The notes beneath the pieces are model-generated. The model saw nothing but the letters and a program-made list of their open reading frames with translations, was not told where the DNA came from and did no database searches. This document shows positions 14,236 to 27,055 of a stretch of 64,000 nucleotides of DNA, piece by piece. The stretch is from NCBI RefSeq assembly GCF_009914755.1, contig NC_060929.1. The stretch is one strand, 5' to 3'. The position numbers were made by a program, and so were the translations under genes. The number at the start of each line of letters is the position of its first letter. Within the stretch, counting starts at the first letter, position 1. Origin of the DNA: the human T2T-CHM13v2.0 reference genome, Homo sapiens.

Positions 14236-15134
14236 TGCCTTGGTGGCTCCTATCCTAGGGTCACATTTTAGAAACAGACTCTGAGGACCTCATGTGGAAT
14301 TGTTAGTCATCAATATTGCTAAGCCTTTCTTCTCATTACTGTCGACCTTTTCAGAAGGCAACTTAAAAAGAGAATGGTGGAATGTTTGTATCATTGAATA
14401 TAAGTGCTATTTTTGAAAAGTGACTCAAATGTATAGTTTAAGGGAGAAAATGAAATCATCTGTGAACATTAAAAGTTATCTCTTCCTTTTAGTTATCTCT
14501 TCCTTTTATTTTTACATGGCACATGTCTGCCATGCCAAAATAAGCTCTGCCCTCCTGTTTTCAGGCCCCAAGCCTGTGAAACTCTGGGTCTTCATAAGCC
14601 ATCTTGAATCAATCAGTTAAGCGATATCCTTTTATCCTTTTCATCACCTTCCTCAGCCTTCCTCGGCCTTCTTTTTCCTTCTGTACTCAATTGTACTCTT
14701 TCCTAAAGAATCCCCGATGTGATCTTTCACATGCTGTGGGAGGAAATGTATTTTCAATATCTCAGTGGTTGATACTGCTGGTTCATTGATATATCAGTAG
14801 TTTTTAGAGAATGTTTACTCCTGTCTTGCACTTAGGAGTGTCTACCTGTTCCCAATGTGTGTAGAAGTGCAAAATCTTTTTATAAGAGTTTACCCTGAAC
14901 ATCATCAAAAGAATCATGTAGTTGCAATTCATGATAAATAGGTTATCTGTAATGATATATGATAGTCTGTGGTAGGTGGTAAAAAAAACACACTGTGTTC
15001 CTGTTGCTAACTATAGGGCACATTTGCCTTTGCAAAAATGATTGAAGGGTATAGAGGGCGTGCAGCACCAAGGCTGGGTGAGAGGCCTCATACGCTTTTT
15101 CAACAGTGTATGGTTGAGTACCAGCTTGTAGAAG

Positions 15135-15370
15135 CAGGTAGTTATCAGCATGTGGAGCAAAATACCCTGAGTTTAAATCTAGCACTACCCCTAGTGGTGG
15201 TGTTACCTTGAGCAAGTCACTTCCACATCCTCGTCAGTAAAATGGAAATAATAAAAGTATGTTTCTCATAAGATTGACATAAAGATGAAATAAAATAATT
15301 CATTGAAGAGCTTAGGCTAGTGTCTGACACATAATAAGACAGCGTGTATTGATCACTTACTATTATTTTC
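15135..15370 (+). mobile_element. MIR SINE
   Basis: cctgagtttaaatctagc...accttgagcaagtcactt...cctcgtcagtaaaatggaaataataa. Confidence 0.8.
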
Positions 15371-16072
15371 CAAGATCCACCATACTTGTCCCGTGGCAAA
15401 GAACATCTTTGTAAGGATACATTTGAGAAGGATAGGCTATTTCCTTCCTAAATGCTTAAAGCAATGCAGATTCATGCTTAATGACCAAAAAGACCATTTG
15501 TGTGGAGCCTATGACTTTTCCTATCCTTAATGTTTTAGATTAGAGATGGAAAAGTCTGCTGTCTTAGGTGAATAATGATGCATGTCTTTATGACTTAAAA
15601 TGTTCAAAGGAGCTGTAGAGCATTTTTTAAGAGTCATTTCTTCTCAGGCATTGTATTCTGCAACCCAAACGTTGCTTGCTGTGTAGTTACTTGGGGACCT
15701 ATTTTCTTTAGGTAGTGTCTGCATAGTAGTCACTCTGGTTCACCGAGGGCTTTAAAAATGGAAACGTTTACAAAATAGAAAGGCAGGTAGGGCTCCGCAC
15801 AAGTGAGGCCTGATGTGTTTCTATGGTAACCCCATTCCATATCACAAGGGTCAATCTCATGGAATGAGATGATGTTCAGAGATATGTTCTGGAATTTTCT
15901 TGGCTGTCAACCTAACTATTTGGGATTTGAAAAACCAAAAAGGATGGGTAGACCACTTGAGGTTTGCTGGGATGCCTGGAGCCATTAGAGATGACTTAGA
16001 TGAATATGGAACCTCAAGAAATGAGGCTTCTGACACCTCAGGGGTTCCCTCAGCTTAGGAGCCCCATTTCTA

Positions 16073-16120
16073 TTAGGTTGATGCAAAAGTAATTATGTTT
16101 CTTGCCATTGAAGGTAAAAT
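16073..16120. mobile_element. MADE1 (Hsmar1-derived MITE) partial copy
   Basis: ta + ttaggttgatgcaaaagtaattatgtttcttgccatt matches the Hsmar1/MADE1 terminal inverted repeat; second TIR not seen. Confidence 0.8.
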
Positions 16121-17199
16121 TGGTGAAATAATTCACCGAGCACATGTTGAAATCCAGGAGGAGAGAGGGAGGAGCATCGTCCAAAACAGCCCCAGCTTCA
16201 TCCCCAGAGTCCCCACCTGTTGAAAGGGCTATTCTCAAATCTTTAAAAACACATTGCCAAATACTTGTAATTAACAAAAGGGAATCTAGAGTATGGGGGA
16301 AGTTATATCTCTGCCTTAATTTGATCATCTGGTGTTTTGTTACTGACCTTGTGTGATGTGTTCTCCGGTTACCTCGGGGAAAATTGACTCAGGCTGTACT
16401 ATAGGGCACCAAGAAATGGTTTAAGTTTGATTTCTTTAAGTCAAAGATTTTAAATCAAAATGGTACCAATGTCACATTACATTTGATTTATTTGCATATC
16501 TAGAGAATATATACGTATATGATCTAAGTATTCAGTGTAATTGTCAATATGTATTTTTTAAAATATGCATATGCACAAAGGTTATGGAGACCCTTATTTT
16601 CTGAAGGAAAAAAATAGCTGGCTGAATTTTCATCATCAAGTAGAGAAAGGTGAAATGGAAGCATTGGGAGAGGGAACACATACATGTCCAACTTAGTTAT
16701 CTGGGAAAAACTATTTATGTGGGAAAAACTATTTCTCTACCTACTTAATGTTTTCATTTTGTTCCAGGCTCACGTTGATGGATATGCAAGTTTGCTCACT
16801 TACTGTGCTAGCATTGACGTTGAGAGTTCACAGATGTTTCAGTTGAGATATTTAAAAAGAAATTCTAAATGATCAAGGTACTTTGAGTTTAAAACTTAAA
16901 AAAAAAATCTACTTTATCCAGCCAACTTCACACTATTTATAGTAGCAGAATTTGGTACAGCAAAAGGAAGTGAGAATTGTTCTTTCTTCCTCTCTGTCTC
17001 TCTCCTTTCCCTTTTTCTTTTTAAATGGTACATTTTTGTATGTGTGAGAAAACATTAGAATAAACAAATAAGCCAAGAAAAAAAAGCACTTGAAAATAGA
17101 CTGCAGTCTTGCCATTTAGCAAGAATCACTATCAACATTGTGAGAAATATGCTTCCAGGACTTTCTCTAGAATGATATTTAATGTTGTAATAAAATTTA

Positions 17200-17450
17200 C
17201 AACAATAATAGCGGTATTTATTAACAGTTACTCTGTGCCAGGCACTTTGAAAGGCACTTTACATTTAATCCTTTATGAACTATGTGCATTGTTTTTATCA
17301 TTCTTGATTTATGGAGAAACTGAGGGAGGGATCAGTCAAGTGATTTCAGCAACGTTATAAAGGTAGTCAGAGTAAATGGCAGACCCCAGTTTGTTCTCAG
17401 GAAGACTGGTTCAAGATTACCTTCTCTTACCCCTCTGTCATACTGCTTCT
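17200..17450 (-). mobile_element. MIR SINE
   Basis: tactctgtgccaggcacttt...catttaatcct...ggagaaactgagg. Confidence 0.7.
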
Positions 17451-18289
17451 CACTGTGTGTATTTTGAAACAGCAATGGCGTGGCGTTTTACTATTGCTTT
17501 ATAGTCTTTTTTCTCTTACTGTATTGTGAACTTTCCCCCCATGTTTTTATGTATTCTTCTGTGGCATCATTTTTTATGATTCTCCTTGTGATTCCATCTA
17601 AAAGAGCATGTGATCACATCCTTAAATGATCCCCTATTGTTGGGCATGTAGACTGCACCACAATGGAGAGGTTGTTTAATTGAGAATTTCCGTCATCATC
17701 CTCAAAACACTAGTGTTCCAACTAACTCATGTACCAACTTTGTTTGAAAAACAAAACAGATTGCATGTTGCAAGACAGAGCTGCTGGCAAAATACTCCAT
17801 CGTGTCAGATTTATACAAACCCATCTCCTGTGTATTGCACCATGTCCTAGAAAACTGAAAACCATGAAAACAAGTGCTCATATTTTAAGGAACTCAATGA
17901 CAGCTGATAAAATATTGCATTTTCTGTAGCAGTTTTTACATAAAGCTTCCACCTTAAAGAAATGGATTTGATGGGACTAGGTGGTAATTTTTTAACACAA
18001 GCAGTGACAAAATAAACACCATCTGTTAGTATTGACTTATTCCACAGCATTCTCAGGCTGGGTGATTTTATTTCACTTTTTTCAGAAATGGTTAATGACA
18101 CATCTGGTAGTCAGTGAAGGTACACTCTGGGTGATTAAATGTGGTCATAAGTTTACACTAAATGCTGACAGAACATTTTTTTTTCTTTTCCATTATAAGC
18201 AACGGGGCACATCGGAGTGCCTGGCTGGCTACTCATTTTAAACCTTGTGTAGGATTAACTGTTTGGCGGTCGTTGAACTTCCGGAAAAA

Positions 18290-18745
18290 CGTTGTTATTT
18301 TGAGTCTTCTGAGAAGCAGATACCAAGACAGGATTAGGTATGCAAGAAATTTATTGAGGGAAACACCTGTGAAAACTAAAGCAGAGGTGCAGGAGAAGGC
18401 GAGAACAGCCTTCAGATGGCAATGTGAGTCTGGCACCAGTGAAGGGAGAGTGGGAAGGAAAGAGGAGTGGGCAGGAAGAGCCCCAGGCAGCAGCACATTC
18501 TAAAACAGTGTCAGCCAGGACGCTGGGGGGTCCTGGAGCCCCAGTTGCCCATCCGAGCTTTTCTGCATCCTGCATAAATGGGCATGAATTAGTTTCTTCA
18601 CTGTGTCCAGTCATTGGCAGAGAACAGACCTAGGAACCTCAGTACACACACAGTAGTGGATCTGAAGGGGATAGCCAGTATGGCCCTCCATCAACTCTGT
18701 TCCCACAGCCAGAGATCCGAGGAGTGCATTTTCATGGTCACCAAA
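18290..18745 (-). mobile_element. LTR16-family (ERVL) solo LTR
   Basis: Reverse complement begins TGGTGACCATGAAAATGCAC...CAGATCCACT...GCCAATGACTG, as in LTR16; aataaa signal on minus strand (tttatt ~18350). Confidence 0.75.
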
Positions 18746-18986
18746 AATCTCAACACAAAAAAATGAAATGATCACCGAATTCATTTATCTCTGCATGTCT
18801 TTTTAAAGAAGAAAATACAATATTTAAAATGGCCTTTTCTCCCCTAATGTCTCCATTGGTCTAGCAGGCATGGCTTGCACTGCAGAAGACTAGCGTAGCT
18901 GGAATAGTAGGTCCCGTTTATGCTAAATTCTATCAGTGAAGGGAAAGGGGAGAGTCCTGAACACTGTTCTTACCTCTTCATCTGTT

Positions 18987-19156
18987 CTTTTTTTTCTTTT
19001 TTTCTTTTTTTGAGATGGAGTCTCGCTCTGTCTCCCAGGCTGGAGTGCAATGGAGCAATTTTGGCTCCTACAATCTCCACCTCTTGGGTTCAAGCGATTC
19101 TCCTGCCTCAGCCTCCTGAGTAGCTGGGATTACAGGCGTGAGCCACCATGCCCAGG
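18987..19156 (-). mobile_element. Single-monomer Alu (left-arm start fused to AluS right arm)
   Basis: About 145 bp of Alu plus T-tail; TSD ctcttcatct at 18974-18983 and 19157-19166. Confidence 0.9.
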
Positions 19157-19419
19157 CTCTTCATCTCCTCTTAAACTCTCAGAGACTCTGCTGCTGCTGT
19201 TAATTTTGCTTTCAGTGTGAAGGGTTCTTTTGGTTTGCCATAATTTTGGGCCCATGACCCGGGAACTTCACCTCCTATTTGAAAAGAAAATCATCTGGGA
19301 ATGGAAGAGGCGAAATTTAGGAAAAAAACACACTTTTTTTTTTTTTTTTTTTTTTTTTTTAGTAATTCAAACCCCAAAACATATTTTGAGGGGCAGAAGG
19401 AAAAATAATTAATGCTGTA

Positions 19420-19870
19420 TATGATCACTTCCTACATGTCAAGCCATTATATTGTTATCATCCTTAATTCTTAAACTCTTTTGAGACAAGTAAAGTTATA
19501 TTTTTATTTACTTTTATGTATTTTTTTTTAAGTTTAACAGAAGAGGAAAGTGAGGTTCAGAAAGATCTGGTGACTTTTTATTGGCACACAATGAGAAAGA
19601 ACAGATTGGGGTTTTTTCCCTGTTTTTCTTGAGTTGGTATACAGAGTAGATTTGCCAAAGAGCTCCTCAGTTATGCCAGTTACTTTACTTATTTGGGAAG
19701 GACTTCTCATATTTATACAGATATCTTTCTTCACATCCTGAAAAGGGCACTGAACAGAGAGAGCTGCATGCTATTACCATTTTTTGCGACTAAATACTTG
19801 TGTGGCTGTGAATTAGTTATCCAGGCCTTGGTTTTTTCATCTGTAAAGAAAGGAGATTGGGTTAGATAAC
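19420..19870. mobile_element. Two MIR fragments (minus ~19420-19620, plus ~19760-19870)
   Basis: acagaagaggaaagtgaggttcagaaaga; ggccttggttttttcatctgtaaag. Confidence 0.6.
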
Positions 19871-20056
19871 ATTTATCAAACTTCAGCCATTTTCCATTTT
19901 CTATCACCTTGATTTCTGTCCCATCTTTAATGCCACCTATAATATATTGCTTGATATTTTATTTAAAATAATTCCTCCTTGCAACTTAAGTGTCTTTAAA
20001 ATAAAAACATTTTGTCACCGCTTAAAAGGAAATACCAGTATAAACAAGTAAAATTA

Positions 20057-20153
20057 CACACACGCAATCACACACACATATATGTTTGTATATATGTATG
20101 TACGTATATATTCGTATATATGTATATATTTGTATATATATCCGTATATGCGA

Positions 20154-20205
<52 letters not shown>

Positions 20206-20213
20206 AGAGAGAG
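20057..20213. repeat. Compound microsatellite ending in perfect (TG)22 and (AG)n
   Basis: Perfect TG run 20157-20200 preceded by TA-rich degenerate repeats. Confidence 0.95.
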
Positions 20214-21279
20214 GAATATAAGCAATGAAATGCTAGGAACAAACTGAGACTTTCTCCTTAATATAACCAGAAACTTTGAAGACAAATTGAAAACAAAGTA
20301 TTTCTAATGAAAATGTTCTGGAGACCCAAAGTTGTTTGACACTTTGTCACACTTAGTATCATTTTCTGGGCAACCAATGTCTTATACTGTGTCAGACACT
20401 GGAAAAACATGACTTATATATTCTGTCTCACACACTTGTGATTTTCCTCCCTGCCCCACCCCAACCTTCATTTACCTTTGGCCTCATTTTGCCTCATCCT
20501 TCCAATTGCAAAATTTGTAAGGACCATCTCTCCTCTGACTGCAGAAATACTCTCTGCATCTTGGCTCATGAGTAGAAAAAAATAAGACCTGGAACAAATA
20601 AGAACAATTTCTTCCTGTTCTTCTGGGAAGTTTCAAGGGAAGGAAGTAGACAGAGCTCGATAGTCTGGGTAAAGCCTGAGGCAAGTCACACTGTGTCTTC
20701 CACCAGCAGGTGTTTACCCAGTTAAGATCAGTTTAAATTGAATAGTGTGCAAATGAAGATGGAGTTTTCCCTTATATCCCATTTCTCCAATCTTATTGTG
20801 CCAGTCTGCCTTCCCCGCTTCTGTCCCTCAGCAATCACCACCAGAAAATTGTCCTTCACTACATATTCCTTGATGGTATTTTAGAAAGAGTAGGGTCATT
20901 GCGCTCAAACAGAACTTGGTTCAAATCCCAACTCTCCCTGACTTCAGGGAAGAGACGCTGTGGCTCCTGGTGGTTAGGAGAACTGGGAGTTCTCCAGGAG
21001 AGTCTTCAGGAAATTGATGGACAAGGGGGATCTCGCTGGCAGGGGAAAGAGAAGTCAGAGGAAGAGAGGTTGGGGGCATAGCCCTGGTCCCAAACCAGTT
21101 GGCTTTTGCAGAGGGTAAGTGATACACAAAAAACTATCTTAAGTAGTTTGGACCTGAGATCTGAAGTTGCCCGTGTGGTTAAAGTCTCACCTATTTTTTA
21201 GCACCATTTGCGGGAGAGGAGTACCTCCTTCTTGACCCTCTGCCTTGCTACCAAACCCTCTGCCTTCCTGAATAATTGC

Positions 21280-21510
21280 TTGATAGCCTTCTCTTTCTTC
21301 CTGCCCTCTTTGCCACCCCGGAATACCACTACCTGAAATGATCTCATTTCTGCCTATGTCTACTTGCTTAGTGCTGGTCTCCCCTCACTATAATGTAAAG
21401 TTCATAGGACAGACCTTATCTGCCCTGTTCACAAGTTGTTCTCAGGGTCTAGAACAGTGCTGGCAAATAGTATTAGGTCAATAATTATTAAAAAGGTCAA
21501 ATGAATTGGC
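21280..21510 (+). mobile_element. L2 LINE 3' end
   Basis: ggtctcccctcactataatgtaaagttcataggacagaccttatctgccctgttcac...tctagaacagtgctggca. Confidence 0.75.
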
Positions 21511-21544
21511 CGAAGGCAATTGCCCCCATTCACTCTAACTTAGT

Positions 21545-21735
21545 AAATTAGTTCCTAATTCTGGCTGTGCACTACTGTCACCTGAGGCTTTATTGGAAAC
21601 ACAGTTTCCAGATCATCACCCCTGGACAGTCTGATTCCATTTGTTTGGGGTGAACCTGAGGAATCTGTATTTTTAATTAACATCTCAGGCATTTTGGACA
21701 CAGCCAGTGCCTGGACTGATAGGTGGGAATTACTC
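21545..21735. mobile_element. MER5-like DNA transposon
   Basis: ctggctgtgcact...tcacctgagg...ctgattcca...gaatctgtatttttaa. Confidence 0.65.
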
Positions 21736-22184
21736 CCACAGGAAATGTTACTGAAAACAGAACTTTATTATCAGCATCACCTAAACCACATTTCTTATGT
21801 TACAGACTATAAATTAAATATATATGCATGACTTTAAAAATATATACCTCCAAGCCACTTCCAGTTTGTGTATGTGCTTCTGGCAGAAGCAATTGTATTT
21901 ATTCATACCCTGTATCCAATAAGGTAGGGAGACCCAGCTGTTCAAGCAGGTGCCTCCTTCCCAAGAAAAAGATAGATCGATTAGATTAACAATTAAGTGG
22001 TGAACTGTTGAGAGGTTGCCCAAATGGCCTTTGGGCTTTCTTCTAGAATGGCATCAATGCACAGTAGAATTGTGGCAGATGGACGATAGTGTTGCATATG
22101 CACTCATGCTGGGAATGAGGCCATTTTGAGCTCCTCCACTGGTCCCTCAAAGGGCTGCCTGGTCGGCTTGATGGCTTGAGTTGG

Positions 22185-22410
22185 CAGTAGGGAGTAACAA
22201 CTGAGAGCCCGAGCTTTAGAGACAAACAGCCCTGGGTCTGAATCACAGAATGGCCACTGATTAAAGGGCATTTTACATAGCCTTTGCGAGAGCCTCGTAT
22301 GTTTCATCTGTAATTAGGAATGCTGTTCTCTAATTCATTGGTTTGTGCTGAGCTATTAGTAGAGTGTGGCTGGCATTCTGTATATACGATGCTCAATAAA
22401 TGCAAATATC
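22185..22410 (+). mobile_element. MIR SINE
   Basis: gagctttagagacaaacagccctgggtctgaatc...tttcatctgtaa...gctcaataaatg. Confidence 0.75.
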
Positions 22411-23471
22411 ATAACCTCTGGGAAGACTGACTTATACCATTCCACTGCCGCAATTGCCGTACCAAATCTCCAAAGACTAAGAAATCTGCCCCTATTGGTC
22501 AATAGAGGGGCTAGGCAAAAGTGTTTGGTTGGTCATGGAAAATTGAGGATAATGGAACTTTAATATGTTAAAAAAATTCCTTCTCCAAATTTCATTTGAC
22601 ACTTGCTATATGAATAGTTAGGATTTAATGAATACCTTTTTATAGAGTTACATAATTTTCCTGTAAGATGCATTGGGTTTCCAGAAGAATGTTGAACTTG
22701 ATTCAATTTTAGCTTGATTCGGGCTATTCAAAATTTATTTCCTGAGGAATAGTCTCATTGGATAAACTTAGGAGTTGTTACTGGAAGACTGGGTAACTGT
22801 CATAATGCCAAACATCGGTGCTCCTCTCCCTCACTGTTACCTAAATTTTAAGAAATTTCTAGGCAAAAAAAAAAAAAAAAACCACTTGATTAAGGCAGAG
22901 GTTATTAAGTATGGGCAAGAGTGAAGGGCCTGGAGTTGATAGTGGAAAAAATATAGCTTAGGGAATTTCATACCCAGAAGCAAAACCAATATGTACATAG
23001 ATCTTAATGCTGTGTTTCACTTACAGTTCAGAGTCCACTGCCTTGCCTAGCATGTTCAAGATGTTGTAGTGCCACCATCACTGTATATGAAGGCTAATTA
23101 CTTGGAATATTCCTTACTGGGTATAAGTGTTCCCCAAAGATTTAGCTTAAGGATGGAACTCAAGAGCCCAGCACAATCATTCCTTTTAACTATTTAAAAT
23201 ATATTTTGGATGCACAACAGACTAATTGATTGAATGCACTTTTCACAATTCCACTTATCTAAGATTTTTAGAAAGGCACCAGAAATCTCAAGTTGAGATT
23301 TTAGTATTATCAGAAATGTACAAAAATCATCAGCCTCCTAAATCGACATCTTGCTTGAGTTCCTCTATTCACTCTACCTCCTCTGCACTTATCCAGCTCA
23401 ATTTCTCATCCCAAGTGAGCCCATTTAACATCTTGTGGCTATCAACTTACAAGGTAAGACAGTAAGAGAGG

Positions 23472-23622
23472 GCTGGTTCTCAATTATGGCCTTATGTTGG
23501 AAGCACCTGGGGATCTCTACAAAACTGGGATCCTGATTGAATTGGTCAGGGTGTGGCCTGGAACTCAGGCTGTTAAGAGCTTCCCAGGTGATTCTCATCC
23601 ACAGCCCAGGTTCTGAACCAAT
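23472..23622. mobile_element. MER5A DNA transposon
   Basis: ggttctcaa...cacctgggga...ctgattgaattggtcagggtgtggcctgg...cccaggtgattct...gaacca. Confidence 0.75.
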
Positions 23623-23624
23623 AT

Positions 23625-23664
23625 TTAAAATAGCAGAGCATCCCTTAAAATAGCAGAGCATCCC
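23625..23664. repeat. Perfect 2x20-bp tandem duplication
   Basis: ttaaaatagcagagcatccc twice in tandem. Confidence 0.95.
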
Positions 23665-24427
23665 TTTCCCCAGGACTAGAGGTGACTCAGCTGTATTTTC
23701 TGTGCCTGTGTTTGACGAATTAGTTGCAAATTATATTCCTGCTTTTACATAGTAATTAAAACAGTCATGTTTTCATGGGAGGTTCCTTCATGCTGAGCCT
23801 ATCCACTCTGTCATTTCTTTGCTTCCTTAGTATGTTGTCTTTTAAATGAGCTTAGTGGAAAAAGTCTGGTTGGTGCATTCTGAGCCTGCTAATCATTTCT
23901 TTCCTTTCCCATCCTTTTGAGAATCGGGCCCCAGCTCTTAATCTCTTGGTGTGCATGAATAGTTCTCATTAGTTGTGGTAAGTGCGTTAAGTGAAACTAA
24001 CTATAGAAGCTCACTGAAACTGGACCGTGTAATCACATTGTTCATCAGAAGGGATTTTAATGTTTACATGCAGAAAAAAAAATTGTCATCACAAGTAGAT
24101 AAATAGCCCATTATTTTACACTTGAGTTGGTACAGCAGGAGCAAACAGCCACCAAACTACTTCTGTTGACATTCCAGTTGAGCTGCACATAAGAGACATG
24201 TGGATGTATCCTGTATATTCTCAGACAACATTCATCTACTCTTGCTTCTGATGTCATTTCCCAATGGGGTAAATATGTCTCTGAAGCTTTATTCCTCCTT
24301 TGTGGGAATCGGATCCCCAGTTTTTAGCCATGCTTATTCACAGAGCAGAATTTTCCAGAGTATGGGAGCTACACATACCATAGGCACAGCACCTGCAGTG
24401 GCATTAAATAAGTTGGGTCACATAATG

Positions 24428-24731
24428 AGGGGTAGGCAAACTTTATCTGTAAAGGACCAGATAGTAAGTATCTTAGGCTTTGCAGGCCATGAGGTCTCTG
24501 TTGCTACTACTCAGTTCAGCCATTTTAGCACTAAAGCAGCTGTAGGTAAAACGTAAGGAATGGGTGTGGCACCAAAAAAACTTTTATGCACACTGAAATT
24601 GGAATTTCATATAATTTTACATGTGAAATGTTATTCTTCTTTTGATATTTTTAGCCATTAAAAAAATATAAAACTCCTTCTTAACTCTAGTTTGTATAAA
24701 AACAATCCTTGGGCCAGTTTGCAGACTCCTG
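24428..24731 (+). mobile_element. MER58B hAT-Charlie DNA transposon
   Basis: aggggtaggcaaactttatctgtaaaggaccagatagtaa...ttaggctttgcaggcca...ccagtttgcagactcctg, both termini present. Confidence 0.9.
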
Positions 24732-24983
24732 CCATTGGAGGAGTCTCAGTGGGATGCTAGACTTTAATGCCTCTCTAAAACATATGAATTTTACATTTTA
24801 ACAGAGGGAAAGGGTTCAGGTTTGTCTCTGAATCAGACAAAAATAGTTAGCTGGAAATAAAGCATATTGTGTTGAACTTTTTACATTTTATTTTAAACAT
24901 TTTATTTTACCCTCTATCTGTGGCTACTAAGTGAATTTCTACTTAGAATGGTGATTTAAAAAAAAAAAAAACAAAACAGAATT

Positions 24984-25300
<317 letters not shown>

Positions 25301-26019
25301 AATTGATTTACAAACAAAAATATTAAGTAAAGAAGAGGCCAGGTGATACATGGCTATGATGAAAATCATGAGGTGATATTTATGATATTTGAAGGGTTGG
25401 TATTTGGGAATCTGCTGTCCAGGTTTGATTACCTGTGAGTGTTTTTTCCTTGGGAGGAATATCTGTAGTTCTGAAAAAAGTAGCTTATTATTTTTTCACT
25501 ACAACTTATGATATTATAAAAATTTAAAAAGAGCCCCTGATGAAACATACACATTTCCTCTGATACTTTCATCAAAGCCAGCCAAGGTATAAAAACCAAG
25601 GTAAAGTAAGGTTAAAACTTGTGATGAGTCCTGAAATGCATAGAACAATAGTAGTTCCATTGTCTCCCTTCACAGTCTGTGGATTTCATGTAGTTCTCTG
25701 CCACACTTTTTATCTCAACACTTCACATGTTTTTACTGAAGGATCAGGAGCTCACTTATTTATCGTTCTCTAAAATGGTGAGCCTCCCTTTTCTTTGTAT
25801 GAAAATACTCAATATATGTTTAAACAAATCAACAGAAATAGGAAAAACAGATGGTGAAAGGATTATGAGGCATTCTTTGAAAAGAGAGTGTGCTGTATTT
25901 TCTACACGGGAATGACCAGTTGCTCTTTGATCTCAAATGTCTCCGTTAGCGCGAAGGCCCTGCTTGCACTCAAAACCACACTTTGTCGGAGAGACTCGTG
26001 CTACAGCCTCCTGAGGATC

Positions 26020-26757
26020 TCCCAGCTGCTCCTCTTGCACCTCCCTGGAACCATTCCTTACTTCCCACCTCCTCCTCTTCCATTCTCACCCAGCAGCCAG
26101 TAAGACCTTAAAAAGTGAATCAACCAGTTAACAGTCTTGCTTAAAAACCTCAAGAAGCTCATCACCTAACTTGGGAAAACAAGCGTCTACACTCTCTATC
26201 TGAGGCCGTCAACCAGGCCCTGCACAGTTTAGCCCTGCCATTCCATGGCCTCTGCGCATGCTTCCTCTTCCTTCCAGCCCTTACCCTCCTCCAGTTTCTC
26301 ACACTTGCCTGGTTCTTGCCTGTCTTTAGATGCCAATAGCACCACAGTCATCCCTGTTGTGACAACCAAAAATGCCTCTGGATGGTGCTGAATGACCTCT
26401 CAAGGGTAAAACCCCTGTCTGCCTGAGAAAGGCTGCTCCATCTGGAACACTGTCCCCCATGACACCCGCTCCTTGTTTGAAGCTCAGCAGGCACTTCCCT
26501 TCCATAGAAGGCCCTCCTTGGCTCCCACTTTTAGAAATAGTTCCTCCGATTTGAACCTTTCATTCTATATTTCACTTTTCCTTATAAGGACTTATTTCGA
26601 ATTGTAATCACGTATGCATCCTGTGTTCATTAGTTTAATATCTGTTGACTAGATTATAAGCTCCCTGAAGCCATGCTAATTTGTTCACTGCTTTATTTTC
26701 AGCATTTATCACAGTGCCTGGCACATTGCAGTGGATTAATCCATATATTTTGAATGA
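26020..26757 (+). mobile_element. L2 LINE 3' region with nested MER20 fragment (~26325-26437)
   Basis: L2 end: ctagattataagctccctgaag...acagtgcctggcaca...tgaatgaa; MER20: tagatgccaatagcacc...gttgtgacaaccaaaaatgcctc. Confidence 0.75.
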
Positions 26758-26769
26758 AAGAGTTATCAA

Positions 26770-27055
26770 TTTTTTTTTGAGATATAGTTTAGCTCTTGTT
26801 GCCTGGAGTGCAGTGGCACCATCTCGGCTCACTGCAACCTCTGCCCCCAGGTTCAAGCGATTCTCCTGCCTCAGCCTCCCTACTAGCTGGGATTACAGGC
26901 ACCCGCCACCATGTCCAGCTAATTTTTGTATTTTTAGTAGAGACAGGGTTTCACCATGTTGGGCAGGCTGGTCTCGAACTCCTGACCTCAGGTGATCTGC
27001 CCGCCTCAACTTCCCAAAGTGCTTGGATTACAGGTGTGAGCCACTGCACCCAGCC
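26770..27055 (-). mobile_element. AluS (Sq/Sx-like) element
   Basis: Full antisense Alu; perfect TSD aagagttatcaatttt at 26758-26773 and 27056-27071. Confidence 0.95.

Noticed and set aside
19334-19362. T27 followed by AG (retrocopy tail or splice acceptor)
   Set aside because: No TSD, retroelement body or downstream donor found; treated as a simple homopolymer.
20698-20716. CTCF-like ccaccagcaggtgt
   Set aside because: Lacks the 3' GGC of the core; better explained as a plain E-box.
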